Below, in pieces: positions 36,618-37,270 of a stretch of 37,270 bases of DNA. The translations under genes and the position numbers were made by a program. A model generated the notes under the pieces. The model searched no databases. It saw only the letters and a list, made by a program, of their open reading frames with translations, and was not told the origin of the DNA. Location of the stretch: the NCBI RefSeq assembly GCF_001186125.1, contig NW_014039812.1, forward strand, positions 1 through 37,270, read 5' to 3'. This DNA is from Sphaeroforma arctica JP610 (taxonomy: Eukaryota). The first letter of the stretch is position 1; every line of letters starts with the position of its first letter.

Positions 36618-37270
36618 CTTTGCTATATTGCACTAAGCTAGACCTTGAACTCTGTTATAGAAATGTACTTTTACTATTTGATACTCAGCTAATATGATAT
36701 GAGTGTGCGCAGTGGGTTCGTCAAAGATTTTGAATCACACGCTGTTCTCCCCAGTAGTGAGACAGTCTCTGAATTAAATATGTTTTTTTTTCTGAAAAGT
36801 ACACGTGTATGGACTTCATATTTATTTGCAAAAACAAAAAGGCACATTTTCTAAAATGAAACTTCGAACTATTTATGTAAATATTGTTTATGATGTTATA
36901 AAATATTTATGCTAATAATAAGTTGTGGCTCACTCACTCTCTAGTCTCTCTCTGGCCATATGTAGCGTCATAGCCTACTAAGATAAATTAAACAGCTATA
37001 CTCTGTTAGCGTGTTTATTACAGTTGTAAATAGTATGAAATCAGAAATACAGCATCTCAAACGCCTGCATGAACTAAAATACATAACTACATGTATTTAT
37101 GGGTGTTTATTTCCATTGAGCTACTTTTTAGTACAAAGAAACAGACGACGGAAGCATGTTTCTGGGCCAGAGAGGGGGTGGGCGAACACAGGACTACAAA
37201 AATATCCGCCGGTAAAAGATGCGTGCTTCAGTACTATTGCTAGTTTATAATTGCGCGTAAAACTATATAT

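Overview
Intron-rich eukaryotic genomic DNA with GT-AG introns, (TA)n/(CA)n microsatellites, intronic minisatellites and two N gaps. The style suggests a unicellular holozoan such as the ichthyosporean Sphaeroforma; this is an unverified inference. Four spliced genes were rebuilt by hand with phase-consistent exons: the 3' part of a GlpF/GIP-type aquaglyceroporin (+, 128-5128), SDS22/PPP1R7 (-, 23735-29897), NXT1/p15 (+, 31573-33387) and a C9orf85/DUF2039 homolog (-, 34630-36617). The ~18 kb between the convergent aquaporin and SDS22 genes is a nested graveyard of mobile elements: a decayed DIRS-type tyrosine-recombinase retrotransposon interrupted by a solo LTR, a decayed APE-type LINE, and a gag-protease LTR-element remnant carrying a second solo LTR. 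The most striking unexplained signal is a 68-bp fully paired hairpin in an aquaporin intron (3059-3222). All five of its non-Watson-Crick positions are G:U pairs on the sense strand, which makes it a candidate intronic miRNA or hairpin-RNA precursor.
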